From the NCBI RefSeq assembly GCF_037042905.1, contig NC_087263.1:14882001-14946000 (forward strand): a stretch of 64,000 bases of DNA. The letters are read 5' to 3'. The notes under the pieces are model-generated. The model was not told the origin of the DNA. It made no database searches and was given only the letters and a program-made list of their open reading frames with translations. The position numbers and the translations under genes are program-made. Positions 35,308 through 50,100 of this stretch are shown here, in pieces. Each line of letters starts with the position of its first letter. Position 1 is the stretch's first letter. The stretch is from Lytechinus pictus. Its lineage: Eukaryota.

Positions 35308-37297
35308 TTTGGGACCCACTAGGTGTCCAAGCACTATCTAAAGCTTTGGTGCAGTGCCTTTGAGATTCCCTCAAGGTTTCTTAGATATTCCTGACACCAG
35401 ATAGATGATATTCCAAAACTATCTCCTTCAGTTCTCATGCAAATTAAGAGCTTTTCCACCAACTGAAATTGTTGAAATTATTGCTGGTCAAACATACTGT
35501 ATTAACTCCATAGCACCATGTCTTCCGTATTCAGAGCATTGGCCATTGGCCTCACAATACCTATAATCATCCGATCAGCAAAATATATGATTTCAGGAAT
35601 TCTTTCTGCAGAAGTAACAGCGTTGGCGACATAAAGTTAAACGGTACTCCTCTGGTACATCCAAATCAAAGTTGGATATTCACAATCACGTCCACTTTTA
35701 TCTTAAATTAATGACACCAAGGTATTTAGTTCACTTTAAACATTCTGTAAACTTTTCTCCAGTCTTGAATTGTAGATTGTCTATTCGATGAATTGAAGGA
35801 CAGCTTCCGCAAAAGAAACAGAATTCTCTCAACATCCTTTCAGAGCAGCGACATAACATGAGAGCTTCCTGTGCTCTGCCCACAGAAAAATTGTAAAAAG
35901 TCAAAGTATTCGGAAAACACTTTATTTGTAACTTCCAGTGGCACTTTACCAAGGCAGAATAATCACAAAACTCACTGTCTATCAATTCACAAAATAAAGC
36001 TCCAAATAATGGCTCTCTTCATTGCTTTCTTTGCAAAGTTATTAGAATACCCAGGAGTTGTAAACAAGCTTAACTTTTGTTACTGCTTACTGAAGTTTAA
36101 CGGTTGGCTGAGAAATGTCAAAGCTTAGGGCCCCCTCAGTTGGGAGTTTCAGTGTTTACTTCCTTCCAAAATGAGAAATTTAATCAATCACCTAAAAAAT
36201 GTTGACTTCATCTCTCCGAATAAATTTAAATGCAAAAATCCGCAAAAGTGTTTTCAAGTTGTCTAGGACCGAATTTTGAGAACGGAGAACAGAGGAATTG
36301 TTGGTTTCTATGACATCACTTCTAATCAACAGGAAGAGAATAGTTTCTCTGACCACAAGATGAATATTTCATTATGATGTAAATTTCTATTGTAATGTAT
36401 ATTTCATTGTGAGGTATATTTCACTGTGAGGTATATTTCATTGTGATGTATATTTCATAAGGCCTTGTGTAGAAGTGCTTTTAAACAATATGAGTGGGTG
36501 TGTACTTCACTAGGGCTTGATTTCAAACAGGAGTTCACATATTTCTGAGGCATTTAGTTTCACTCTTGTAAAATAACTATTCAAGTTCCAAGCATACTTT
36601 TACAACAATGATCCTCCTAACAATCTGAGAGGAAGCCCAAATGGTTGCCTAACATGGCAACAAATAGAAAAGCTGATTGGATTCCTGTCATGACCGATTT
36701 ATTCAACAAAAGATGTATGCATAATCTATTGCATAGTTCAATAAACATGTCTATCTTTCATTTCTATGAAAAAAAAATACAAAGAATTTGTTTGTAACCT
36801 GTTTGTGTCATGGTTGTTTACCAGTAGTACATAACAGGTTATATTCAGTGCAGCTAGGTAGCAATATTCTAATTTTTTAATAGACAGTTGTTTTTTGCAA
36901 ATGCCTTTTCATAGGGAATGTAATAGATTTATTTCAAAACACAACAATTTAGGCCTAACATGTATGTGTAGGTCCAAGTACATTGTGTTAAAACAATACT
37001 TCATGAAATTTTAACAATATGAATGTTACTAATTTTAAACAATATTTGTTAAGTCATTCACATGCTATTTTTATAACTGGTTTGAATAATTGTGGTTTTC
37101 ACCTACTAAATATAAACTTCCTGCAATGACCATCTTTGCATCACTGGACACCACAAAATTTTATTCCATATTCATGACTCCAAACAGAATTTAAATGAAG
37201 ATGCTTTATTTGCATGAATGTTTTCCCCCTTCATTTTGTGAAGATTTAATATAGTCAAGTGATTGCCTTTCAATTTGTGGTGAATGATAATATAATG

Positions 37298-38945
37298 CAG
37301 GGACTCGGTTTTATAATTATAAGGGGAGCAATAAAAAGCTCTCCTAGAACTTTTAAGGAGAGCGGTAGAGGAGCATTTCAAGAAGCTCTTCTTCAACGTA
37401 CAAGGGGAGCTTTTTGCCCAATTAACAAAATGGATGGAGGAAATGTATGTACTATAAAATTACAATCAACAACCAAAGGAAGTATTTATAATTGTTTTAC
37501 AATGTATTGTAATTAGATTGTGTGTTGTAAAACCTGTTTTAGTTAGGTTTTGACTTGGCTAAAAGTTAAGTCACTGACAATTTTTTTTTTTTTTTCGGGG
37601 GCTCCATTTTAATTTTTTTGTCAAATTTCGGGGGCTCTTTTTAAATGCTACTTTTTTGTATTTTGAGGAATACCTGTTCACTTATTAAGGAATTATTACT
37701 TTTTGTTTAATATTAAATATTGTATGATTTTTAAAGTTATTTATCATGTTTAGAATCTTGGATGTGGGTGTGTGTGGATGGGTGGGTGTGTGTGGGTGTG
37801 TGTGTGACTGTGAGTTGGACTTGGATATAAATGAATTCAATATCTAATTTCTACTCCATTTATTCCAGTACAATACCCTAGTCAGCCATGTACATGTAAT
37901 AAAGGCCCATCACATACCCTAACTTTTCCTGAAGTTCTTTGAAAACGCAGATCTCCATGAAAATTTAATTTCTCTATGGGGGAGTCTAAATTTGGTGAGA
38001 ATGTATTCATTAAGAACTTAAATATACATGACAATGAAGAAATCATCAAACTTTATTGGCAGTTTTGAATAATATTCCTGAAATGTAAACTCTGTCTGAA
38101 ACAGAAAATCACCATCATTGAGGCCTTTACTGAGCGAATTGTCCCCCAGAGCTCTGGCAGAGAGACAGAGCTCCAACTGGCTAGCTAGTAAAAGTGCCAA
38201 TGCGTGAGCCTGCCGCCGTCCTTGTAAAAAAGATGGAGCTTTGTTTGATGATTTATTGTCTGATATAATACCTCATCCCCTAGAAAAAGAAAACAAATGA
38301 TTTTTTTAGTTATAATTGATAAATTAGATAACTTATTTTGGAAGTTAATAAGCCGTTTTGAAAAGCAAAGCCGAATGACAACTCACCAATGCTAGGTTAC
38401 TAGACTCTGGGATTTATTTCCTGTGTATTTCGAATTATTTTATCACAGAATTGTGATATCTGTAGGGGAAACATGTGCATTCGAAATGGCACACGGTGGT
38501 AGTCATAATGGACCCCTATACATGCAACTCTTTCCCGACCGTTGCGTTGATTTTTTTTTCCATACCTGGTACCATGTGTATGGAAATACGTGGTACAGAA
38601 AAAATAACGCAACTTCGGAATTTGAAACTGCGCTACTCGCTACTTTTAAGGCTTATTCGTGGTTTTGAGTGTGGATTTTGGATGGTTTTTAAATGGTAAG
38701 CGGAGCTCGAGCATATGGCACTAGTGGGCGGTTGAGTAGTTATCACTCGGCAATAATTTCGGGGGCGACATTCAGATTTTATGTCGCCCCCGAAAGCATG
38801 ATTTTGGGTGATTTCGAGGGCGACTTTAGGCATTTTCGCGCAGGTCAGCTATCGCGAGGCGCGCTATAAATCGCGCTACCAAAAATGGATTAAGGCGCGC
38901 ATGTAGCGCGCGATCGCTCTCGCGCGCCTTAAAATCGAGTCCCTG
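37298..38945. mobile_element. 1.65-kb non-autonomous DNA transposon with 6-bp TSD
   Basis: TIRs CAGGGACTCG(G/A)TTTTA at both ends; TSD ATAATG at 37292-37297 and 38946-38951; CpG-rich right end. Confidence 0.8.
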
Positions 38946-41329
38946 ATAATGCTCGATAAAAATACAATGCAGTTTAGGTAACATACACTGTGACAATCTG
39001 TGAATCAACATCATCACCAATATAATCAAATAATACAATAAAAACCATAAAAAATATAATTCTAAAACAGCTTTCAATAATTGTTACATTATAAATATGA
39101 TAAAAGACAAGATTTATAAAGTGTAGGTTAGGCAACAGGCACTTGTTATCAGCATAATCATCAATAAATTCAAACAATAAAATCAAATATGAAAACAATA
39201 AAGGCCATCATAAATCCATTTCCAAAACAACTCTAAATAATTGTCACTGATCTCCCAGGAAGATGACAAAAATCCTCATGATCATTTTGTAATTTGCAAA
39301 TACAACAGCGCCATCGTGCGCTTGACCAATCAAGCGCGGCATGGCGGGAATGAAAATATGATAACAGACACGAGACGAGATAGAACAAAACACCCTTTCA
39401 CGTCACAAAATATTTCCAGCTTTTACGTTAACGTTGTTGGGGGTGTAAACAGAAGAGGGGTCCTTCATACCATGAGTGCTAAACATTGATATCCTCTTAT
39501 GCTGATGTTGAAGTAGGAAAGATGCAATGTGATATAAATACATGTTACATTAAAAGAGTTTTGGAGAATTAAAGGAGAATGGGAAAGAGAGCAAACAAAT
39601 GCTTATTGAAAATAATGAAGGATCATCACATCATCTCTGCATCAGAAAAAATGGGGTTCAATATTTACGAAAAATAATTAACCAACCCCGAAGGTGGTTG
39701 ATTACAATCTGAATTCAATATGCATACATCTGGTTTTAACCGACAGTTGGTACATAGATATATAAATTATAGGATGGTTAAAATATAAACCCAACAATAA
39801 GACAAATAAACATTCAGGTTTGGTGTAAATTGCCATAAGAGTCATGTAGTAATTCGAAGGTAAAGTTAGTGACTCATTTACACCAGAGTCAAAACTAAAA
39901 AAGATTAACTTTAATATTGTAAATACAAGTTTCTGTCCTTGAGTGAATGGGAGATAGGCAAGCCTGCACAAAGATGTGGTTGGCTCTTTGTGTGGATCTT
40001 GTTTCAATGATGGTTTGGTCGTTATGGGGGCTGAAAAATATGAGGTTTATTGACGAAATAGGGCAATAATTTGAATCAAAAAGGTTTCAGATCATTAACT
40101 TACTTCATTGTGGTCATTTCAGGGGGCAGTGGTTGATTTTTTATATATTTTTTATGATTTCGTTCTTGTCCTAAAGGTGATTAAAATCAGGACAGGAAAT
40201 GAACAAAAATATTCATATTTATCTGATGTCATCATGTTTGTGATTTGGTGTACACAGAATGTAATTAATATAGAACCACAGAAACGTTGAAAATCTATAT
40301 TTGTGTTATGAATAATAACTCTAAATTCCCCATATCTAATTATTTAGGCCTTTAACAAATTTCGCTTGAACAGTTGCCTTACCATGGTTCCATAAAAAGT
40401 AAAAATATATTTTCAATGAAAAATGAAAAAAAAAAGGTTAACAATTCCAGTCCCAATAAAAATATTTCAAACCCAGCTGGGGAATGAAAATGACTGACAA
40501 CATGTCCAAATAAGGATTCCACGAAAACATTCACCTGCCACAAAAGGCAACATTCCGAATATTTCACAAAGCTCAAGTGTTTTGGACCACATGGATCAGA
40601 AACATGAAAATAGGTAAATCATTCCATATGCAGGCGCACCGCTCAATCACAAATAAATAGATTCATTTTTTGACACATTTTGACAGATGTGTCTCGCTCC
40701 CGGAGGGGCCGATGCTTTGAATAGAAACATGTGTGTCTCAGCCAGGGGACGTTTAAAGGGAGGTATCAACTTTGCGGAAAGTAGACAAGTTTTCTTCTGA
40801 CAGTATACCTGCCAGAAATACCGAGAAACAAGAACCAAATACTAGGCTAATATTGAAAAACTATCATGCACAGATTGGATTGATAGCTATTTTTTCTATC
40901 AAAAAAAGGCCACACACCCCTCCCCCTAATTTCTTTTTAAAGTAAGATTTTAGGATTAAATAAATCATAAGACCCTAAGCTCATGAATTTTATACAATTC
41001 ACGCATCATTTTGCAAAAACTGGCAAAGGAAGAAATAAAAAACAATTAGACGCGAGTAAAACTGCCTCTTTCCCTGGTTAGCCAAAAAAATGTCCTCTCT
41101 CTTTCAAAATCCCCAAGAGAGAAGTAAAGCAATTACAACATGAATGCTCCGTTCTTTCCTTGTTGGCGCAATTCAATTAAATCATATTTCCAGGGAAAAA
41201 CAATGTGCATGGCATAATGGCATAAACATGTTATGGGGAAAAAGAATGAGATGAATTCTTCCCAGCAGAGTTAGGAAATTCATTATTTCTCAAAATCTGA
41301 AGTTCATTGATTGAAAATTGAAATGGAAG

Positions 41330-41730
41330 TTTAAAGATAAATACAAGTTGCGGTAACGATCTCAAAATAAGTTCGAACAGAATACAATGAAATTACCACC
41401 AAAGTGTTCGTATGTATGAATAAAAAAATATGTGCCAAATAGCTCTGGAAGGAAATGCATAATTGCTGAGAAATGAGCAAAATAAGCACGGAATTCCATC
41501 AAATGTATGGTATGTTTTCGAAGCAATATCAATACACCGTCCACATATGCTTTTCTGTGTTAGTTATCAGAATTATCGATTTTGAGCTAAGATTTCATAA
41601 TTTTACAAAGATAAGTTTACAAAATAATGTACCAGATCTAGAGCTGTACGATAAAATTTTGACAATTAGCCTCGATTTAAAAGGCTTTCTGATATAATAA
41701 TTGCTTGCTGCATGTGTCTTTTACCTTTAA
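41330..41730. mobile_element. Probable TTAA-flanked (Kolobok-like) non-autonomous element remnant
   Basis: Begins ttaaag and ends ctttaa; repeat-like interior; TIR match is weak. Confidence 0.4.
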
Positions 41731-42952
41731 TGTATGACTGAAATTGAAGTTGATATTACCCATAAAATGGAAACTAACATTTGTGACAAAAATAACTGAT
41801 TGATTTTGTTTATCCATCTGGTATCAATTTCAAGGGAAAGGTTCAACATTTACCAAAGTCTATTCTAACAAATACATTTCTTTATAAACTAGTAAAATAT
41901 TTATCTTTTAAATCTACGCTGAACATTCTGTTTTGTCTATATATTTGTTGTTGTTGTATGAAATACAAGGGGAAATGCGATAATTGTGCCAGAGATTAGA
42001 ATCTATTAACATTTTAAGTTGGATAAGCTTCCAAGTATCTCTATTCAAAATCCCTCTGCTGCAAATACAGTAAAAACATTTTTAAGAGTATATATTCAAA
42101 TATATTAAAAGAAAGTTCAATCTTGATATCGTCAAAATCCAGCAAATCTGCTTTTCTTGCACAGATGTTGTCCATGATACAATTCTATTGAGGATTGGTA
42201 AAAAGGTTAAAAGGCAAGTATTTGATCACTATTGTGTGTGAGGCAAGACAAGGATGGTGTTGGGAGATTTAAGAGAGGGATTGCGGGTTCCTTGTCGGTG
42301 AAATAATGCTATTATTTCAAGCAGCAAAGATAGCATTGCTTCAGGGGATAAAAGTGTATAAAAAGGAGAACTATATATAATTTAATATCTATTGCCTTTC
42401 AATTAGATTACAGTAAATGAAAGCTCATTATTCTTTACATAGATTTTGAATAGGATATAAAATTATCTCCTTCAAAAATAAAAATCATTTTATTTCCTTT
42501 TCTGGGGCAATGCTGAGCATTGAATACATTTTTATTTTCATACAACATAATTTACAACAAATTCCTTTGAGTGTTAAATTGTTAAAACATATAATGTGTA
42601 GAAAAACAAATTAATCAATGCTCGCTTACTGTACTTATCTTATAATATCCATGACAATAAAACAATGGTGAAAGCAAATTGAAATAATGGTTTATAAAAG
42701 AAACATTATCAGGTAAATTTATCACTTACCTATTTTTGTCCAACAGGAAAAATATAAAAAGAAACGGAAAGAGAGAGAGAAAAATTATCATTAGCGACAT
42801 TTGAGTGATAAAATGAAGGATTAATATGATACAGTTGCTGCATTGAAGTAAACAAACATTATTAAAATTCCAACTCATAACTGGCAACAGTCTTCAACGC
42901 ACATCTTCACACATATATTTGAATACATTTTTTTTTACTACATTTATCTATA

Positions 42953-43110
42953 AGCCCATATCCTGTTGCATAAAAGTTACCATTACAGTAACTTTACCCT
43001 CTGATAGTATCTCCCATGGTAACAAGGCTCAGTGGCCAATCAAAGCAAAGGATTCCATGGAATTTACCATTGAATGGCAGAGTTACCATAAAAAACTTCT
43101 ATCCAATGGG
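42953..43110. mobile_element. Short MITE (gttaccat/ggtaac repeats, CCAAT core)
   Basis: Inverted homologue of 61392-61543. Confidence 0.6.
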
Positions 43111-43659
43111 TATCTTTGACCACTTTCACCAATGTAATGGGATGTATTCTATTCCTAATGAACACACCTCTCTTCCCATCAGTACATCACATTCATCTCA
43201 TTCTGTCATCATCCTGTTAACATGACAACAGGCACCCTCTCTGTCTCCCTCTCTCTTAACACAATGAACAACCATCACTGCTCTCATTAAAAAAAAAGAT
43301 TTATGAAAATGTGCATGATCAAAATAATTCTCCCCCCCCCCATCCGGGAATTTTGTATGGAAGTCTGTGGGAAAGGAACGTCCTGCAGCTCAGTATGAAA
43401 TTGGTACAAGACAGACTTCAATACTTTGAGCTCTCAATTTGCGCAGAAAGCCCTCATGTTTTTTCACCTGGGTAAGGATTCGCAGATAACACACATCCTG
43501 GAATTATCCAATCAGACAAATGGCAATAGAACAGTTGTAGATATTCCTTTCGGGAGAAATAGAATCCAAAGAGAACTGTAGGCCTGGGTTCACATCTCCT
43601 GTCACACAGACTTTCACATCGACAGATGCTGTGGATCCAGGCGACACCAAAACAATCAG

Positions 43660-43850
43660 CACATCAACACTTTAAGAACTTTGGTGTTAAAACTGACAGC
43701 AGTTGGTGTCCCTAGAGGACCACACCCTGAGGTGTTAACATTACACCATACAGAGATTGAACAAAACACCAGAGTGTATAAGCATCTAGGTCCATGGTAA
43801 AAGTAACAACCAAAGGTGTTGTCACCAAAGTTTTCACTGAAAAACACCAC
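43660..43850. repeat. Interspersed repeat, second copy at about 54045-54195
   Basis: Shared ttggtgtcccta.aggacca.ac.ctgaggtgttaaca.tacacc...agagattgaacaaaacacca. Confidence 0.7.
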
Positions 43851-45087
43851 CATCAGACCAGCAACTTCCTTTGGGCTCTACTGGTAATGAAGGATCTGTG
43901 TGTTATTCCAGAACTGGATACAAGTTGGCACCGTTGACCAATCCTACTGGTATTCGCAGGGAAACACATTCTGCTCAGGTATTTGTGATGAGGTTTTGAG
44001 GGACGGAGGGGAGGTTTCGAGATGTCAGGCAAGGTTTCTGAGCCCCGCAATCACCAAGGGGATTTTTGTTAAGGTTTTGAATACGGATTCCGTGAGCAGA
44101 GGAGGGGGGCAAGAGAGGGTGGTCGGCATAGCATCTGGTACCGATTCTCCAGAGAGCAGGGGTGCATATTACCCCTATTCACATCAGAGAGGGGTGCCCG
44201 GTAGTCCTATGCACACTCTAAAAGTGATGCCTTTATAACTTCAATTTACAAACACATATCATGAAGTCCCATTCTGATGTAAGAAACAAATTAATTAAAA
44301 TAAAACATGAAAATAAAGATATTTGCCTTGGAGGACCATATATTTATACCTGAGAGATCCATTATTACCATAATGATATAATAATAATATAGAATGAAAG
44401 AAATAAAAATCAATTTTGGTTCGGTGTAGATATAAAACCTGTTTATTTTGCAAGCTTAGTTCTGGATGGTGCTCAAAATCAACGTTTAAAAAAAATAGAC
44501 TAAATTCAATATGACTCTACTTTGAGTTTTACTTCTTCCATTCTATACTTGAGAGAATATGAGAGACATCTCTACCTCAAGCACATGAAACACTAGAAGA
44601 AATAAAAGAGAAAATAAGATATGGGATAGATGCTATTCGGTCCTGACACGATGTAACAAATGAGCCCCACTAAAAGCATTTCAAAGCTTCTGATCGTATT
44701 AAGGCGATGTGCTTGGATTCCCGATCCTGCCAGCCAAATCAAATTAGCCGGGCAGTTAACGAAAACCTTTCGAGAAAGTTCACTGACTTTCTCCTGCCGG
44801 GGTAGGGTGCTATGTTGAATGCTTGGCCATGGTGCATAGGTGGGATAAGGGGGAAGAATATTGTACTATTGGTTTCAACAAGAGCTTGAATTGATTAATT
44901 TACTAAGTTCATTTTTTGATTGCGAGTTTGTCTTGGTAAGGGGGAGTGTTTCCTGACATAGCAACAGTTATTAGCATGCAGGCCTTGGGGAAATGACACT
45001 TGCACAAATATTGCAAGGCATCCAAGTTCCTTTTTCTTACATATATATAGTCTTAAAACACACCCCACTTTATAGCAGGAATTAAAG

Positions 45088-45349
45088 GGAGCACTGTGGC
45101 CTGAAGGTTCTGACTCTCACCTCGAGACAGAGGGTCATGGGTTCAAATCCCTGCCATTGGCACACTATCCATCAGCATGCAATTGATCCACACTGCACTG
45201 TGGGGGTGAATGGGTGGGTACCTGGTATAGGATTAATTTCTTGAATGCACCAATCACCTTATAAAGCAGCTAAAGCTAATTAAAGCTAGGGTCATATATA
45301 GGCAACTAGATGAATTTGCACTCGATAACTTATGTATATTATTATTATT
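45088..45349 (+). mobile_element. tRNA-derived SINE, diverged copy of the 30021-30280 family
   Basis: ggagcactgtggcc...gggttcaaatccc head, gtgaatgggt core, ttcttgaatgc, (ATT)n tail. Confidence 0.65.
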
Positions 45350-46839
45350 GCACTGTTTGTCTGGTTTTCCTTCCCCTTTCCTTTCAAGGCCTTTATCAAT
45401 TTCAAGCTCTAAGCTTAAGATGGAGGTCTCCCACATTTCAAAATGTATTATGTCAATAAATGTATATATATTTTTCTGCTATTTGTTTTAATAATTAAAT
45501 AAAGAAAAAATTTATCAGGTATAAATATATTTCAATTGGATTGTTAGAATGTATGTATGCATATGTTATTCATTTTGTCATTTGCTTATTGTTATGTTAC
45601 ATGTATGCTGAGAAAAAATGATAACACTCGTATATATTTTTGTTATTGGAATGTGGAAATAAATAAATCAAATCAAATTATTGTTACTATTATTAACTAC
45701 CCCACTCGTTACCCCCCCCCCCCATTACACCCCATACCCATCAACTAAACTCAGGACTGCTTGATGGAGATGGAATGAGAAAGGTGGAATTCGATAGACT
45801 GAATCAGAGCATGCACAAGGCAGGGGACTTCACGACAACGTGGTGTCGCTTTCGGTTCCCGTCGCAGTGAGCCGAGTATTTCGGAGTAGGTCCGACTGCT
45901 TTGATCACGGGTCGAGATGCATTCTGGACATAGCGTCCTAATGCTGAACAGATTAAAGGCATTAGCCTTCAACTTGAATTTACCTAGTTGGTATTCAAAA
46001 TCAGAAGAAGAAATATCTATCCACAGGGGTGGATTAATTGACAAATGTAACATTATAAAGTCATTATCTAGGGCAATATAACATAATAACCGATAGACCT
46101 TTTGAGTTCCTTGTTATAACTGGTTTAATTAAAGTCGCAATATCAGGCAATATAATAAAATAATCCCTGGGGAACTAATCGAATCTATTTGCACTTGGTG
46201 AAAGTTATAATTTTGGGCAATATAATAAAATAACACAAAGAGCTCTGAACCTTCATTGGATTGGGCATAAACTATCTGGAGTCTGTGAGTTCTTACACAT
46301 TTTTAAGTTGTTTATTATTATGTTTCACAAAATATGGAATGCAGAGTGTTATAATACAAACATGCATTCTACAGACCACCACATCGTGACAAAACAGACT
46401 CCCTGTAAAATTCTTCCTCCAAAACATTAATATCAATTTCATATTTTTGACGTCTGATTGGCAGTTAGGGGGCGTGGCCAAGGAGTAAACAAACAATTTG
46501 AGTTCACAGATGTGTATTTTGAAATACAATATTACAATACAGTCTATTCTTGTACTTTGACATGGGCAGATGCGAGATGAAATCTAAGATGGATGATCGG
46601 TGATGGAAGAAAAACAAAAACACGGCTCAAAATGTCGGTTATTCTGAGTATTCTTCTTTGAGTGACAGTACTCATGCCCTGGACATACGCCCCACCCCTC
46701 CTCAAAACACAACTCTTAACAAAAAAATCCATGATCAAGTTCTATTTTTTTAAATGTTTGTTTTTCTGAAGGACTTAGCCTGATTATCTATTTGTGCTGT
46801 TTTTAATTTTTTGTTACAACTGCAAACAAAAAGAGATAG

Positions 46840-47160
46840 AGAAAAGGGAAAGGAAAGAAGCAATTAGAGATAGATGCATAGGAACAGAAAGGAGAGAGAG
46901 AAAGAAATAGGCAGAGGGGAAGAGAGAAAGACAGATAGAAAAATGGAGAGAGAGATAGGAAGATGGAGAGAGAGAGAGAAAGAAAGAGGGTCACAGTAGT
47001 AACAGAAAAAGATATATAAATAGAGAAACAGAGAAAGGGGGCGATAAAGTGAAAGAGAGGAAGAGAAAGAGAGAGAGGGGGGGGGGGGGGGGGGTGGGGC
47101 CGAGCTAAGTGAGGGGGTGGGACAGAGGGAAGAGAGGGGGGAGAGAGATACAGAAAATGT
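46840..47160. repeat. GA-rich polypurine low-complexity tract
   Basis: Direct inspection. Confidence 0.85.
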
Positions 47161-50100
47161 ATCTGACATAAATTAAAGAACTCTGAGCACTAGCAGTAGC
47201 AGGCACAAACCACCACTGATTCAAAAGCACAAATTTTCACTAACCTAGGCACTACCAACACACACACAGCAAACCAATCCATATTTGTATTGTGTCCGGA
47301 CAGCACGGCGCGAAAACACCTATCCCATTCCAGGAACCACAAGAATTAGTCATAAAAGTGTTTTTCACATGGCTTAACTAATTCGAAGCAGAAATGATAC
47401 AGACATTATCACCAGACTTATCTTAATCATACGGAATAACAAGATATTAACATATATGATTCACTGATATAATAACCACAATGGAATGCAGGTCAATATT
47501 TTATTCCAATATTATCGTTGATAATTCTGTTTTATAGTGGGACTTGTTTTTCCCCTGATCAGAAAAGAAAGAAGAAAAAAAAACCCAGCTTATTCAAACA
47601 AACAACTTTAATTGTGATGATTGATGACTGTGTTATTGCATTTTAAAGCACTTCTTAACATTAATCATAATCAGAAGAAGACTTGTTATCAATCTGTCAC
47701 TTTTCCAACAGATACAACTTTAAATCTGAGCCCCCCCCTTCATAAATGGGAATATTTTTTATCAAAGAAAAATAAAAATACATTAATACACCTGTTTTTC
47801 AAGATTGCAATTGTGAGCTGACTCATTGAATAATGCAGGAATTTTGACCCCTGGTTATAAAATATGTTCTCAATAAGTGCCAATTATATATCAGAATTAA
47901 ATTCTTACTGCCTTTTACAATCAAGGGCAATAAGATTAGCATTTTAATAAGGAAAATGTAATAAATCAATCAACATTCCTGAATTATATACAGCAGAACT
48001 TGTTAATAATTTAGAAATTGGCCAAGAAATTAATTTAATCTTTTAGTACAAATCAACATTTAATGAAAACAACCTTTCCTTTTACTTTAATTTTAACTCA
48101 ATAAAAACAAATTTTATATTAGGATTAATTTCTTGATATTTTTCTCAAACAAAGACAATGAGATTAATGGTCAAAATCAAAAAAGTAATGAATCCATCAT
48201 TTCAGCATTAATAAATTCAATCTTTAAGTACATTTTACCTCCAGATAAAAACAAATATCTACCCTCCTCCACTCTTTACACACTAAAGTAAAATCCATAT
48301 AGAGCTACAATTTCTTTTGAATATCAAGCACTAGTACTAATGATAAAGCATTACAATTCAAGGTTAACACTGGATTACTTCAAACACAGAATGTTACAAT
48401 AGCAGGAAATAATGAATGTGGTTATCCTAATAACTATAAATGTCAAATTAAAAAAAAAAACCAGAGGGAGATAATACAACCCCCTCCCACAGAAGACCGG
48501 AAATGGTAGCGGAAAAAGAGAGGTGGTTTTTATAGGATGGTATATTTCATTTGATAAATGCAGGTGCACTGCGATTTGTTGTGATGTTGCAAACAAGGGT
48601 GGGGAGGGGGTGGAGAAAAAAAGAGGGAGAGAGAGAGGGGGAACAAATAAACAAAAAAGCATTATCAGAAAAAAAGGTGTTTTGATAGGCGTATATTGTC
48701 ATTAAATGGCTCATTTGGACGCTTTCTGGACCATCAGAGCATATAAGTAGGTCCTACCTATCTTACTACTAAAAAGTTGTAACTAATATTTTTTGACAAA
48801 TCCATAATGCAAAATGAAGTATTAAACCTTGGTTCTTCAAATTCACTAAGGGTGAATATTAAAAACAAATATCCTTATTTCATGGATCTTATGCCAAAGC
48901 TGATGAAAGAGAAAAGGAATGAGAAAGTTGCCAAGATAATCTACTTCCCATAATGACGGGTGTGTGGATGTTGTAATATTTTCTTATTTCTGGTATTAAA
49001 TATCTACAAACTTTGCGGAGGAAATGAATATGAAAGCATAATGAGCGACACATTTAAGATGGTATGGGGAAAATGAGTGAAAACGATGCGCTTCTGTTAT
49101 CTGAGACGTTTCGTTTACATGCGTCCATTTAGAGGCCGGCTCTTAACGCGAAACACCCAGGGCCGCGGGCAGCAAAATATCCAGACGAGCACCTAGCCGA
49201 GTGCGAGCAGCATCATAAGAGCCAATTGAGCGTTTAAAAAAGGGGATTTTAAAACGATAAACTTTGCAATAAAGCACTTGGCCATTGTCATGGTAATTTC
49301 TTTGTGTCATAGACCAGATTGTGTATGACCAGGGGCATTAGCGAGGTGGTAATACTAAACCGGAGGCGTGAAAAAATAGTATAATGCACCAGATTTGTCC
49401 TTTGATCGTTTCGGAGGACGGTACATCATTGCTCGCTTTATATGGGGATTTGAGTCCATTATGCGACCGGGATGGTAATGAATTTCTTCAAAGTTTGCCC
49501 TTTTGGATGTTTTCATGAAAAACATCTCGGCCGGTGTCGGGTCCAAAAGGGCGTTAGCACCAATCCATAAACACCTTTCTGCCACTTAATGAAATCATCA
49601 TAAGCACCCAGTCACGATTATCCCACATTTTTTCCCCTCTAATATATTTGCAGCAAGCTGCTGCTTTTTAATTCTTCCAACAGTAATAACAACATTGCAT
49701 ATTTGCTCTCTAAGTCTCTATTGATTAAAAATTAGGTTATCATTACAATCTACAATTTAGTATTTATCACTTTTTTTTATTTCTTTTGATTTTTCCCAAT
49801 GTTATGATGATAAACATCATGTTCATTATCTCAATATATATAAAAGCCCACCAACCTCAGATCCACCATGTAATATCCTCTTTTTATAAGGTGCCGCGTA
49901 TTGAGCAGCGGCAAACAGACAATGCTGTATATTTGCATGCTTTCTGGAAACGAGGTTGTCACTACACAGAGATGTCCTATTTCAATAGATTCTACTCACG
50001 TTCTCTACCAATATTCAATATTTGCAAGGGGTAGAATGTTTGATGCCATGTTCAAGGGTCCAAGCATTATATTCTCTGCTGCCGACATCTTTAACATTTG

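Noticed and set aside
38387..38940. CpG island plus donor as a native NAV promoter and first exon
   Set aside because: Lies inside the TIR/TSD-bounded transposon 37298-38945; kept only as a possible exapted element
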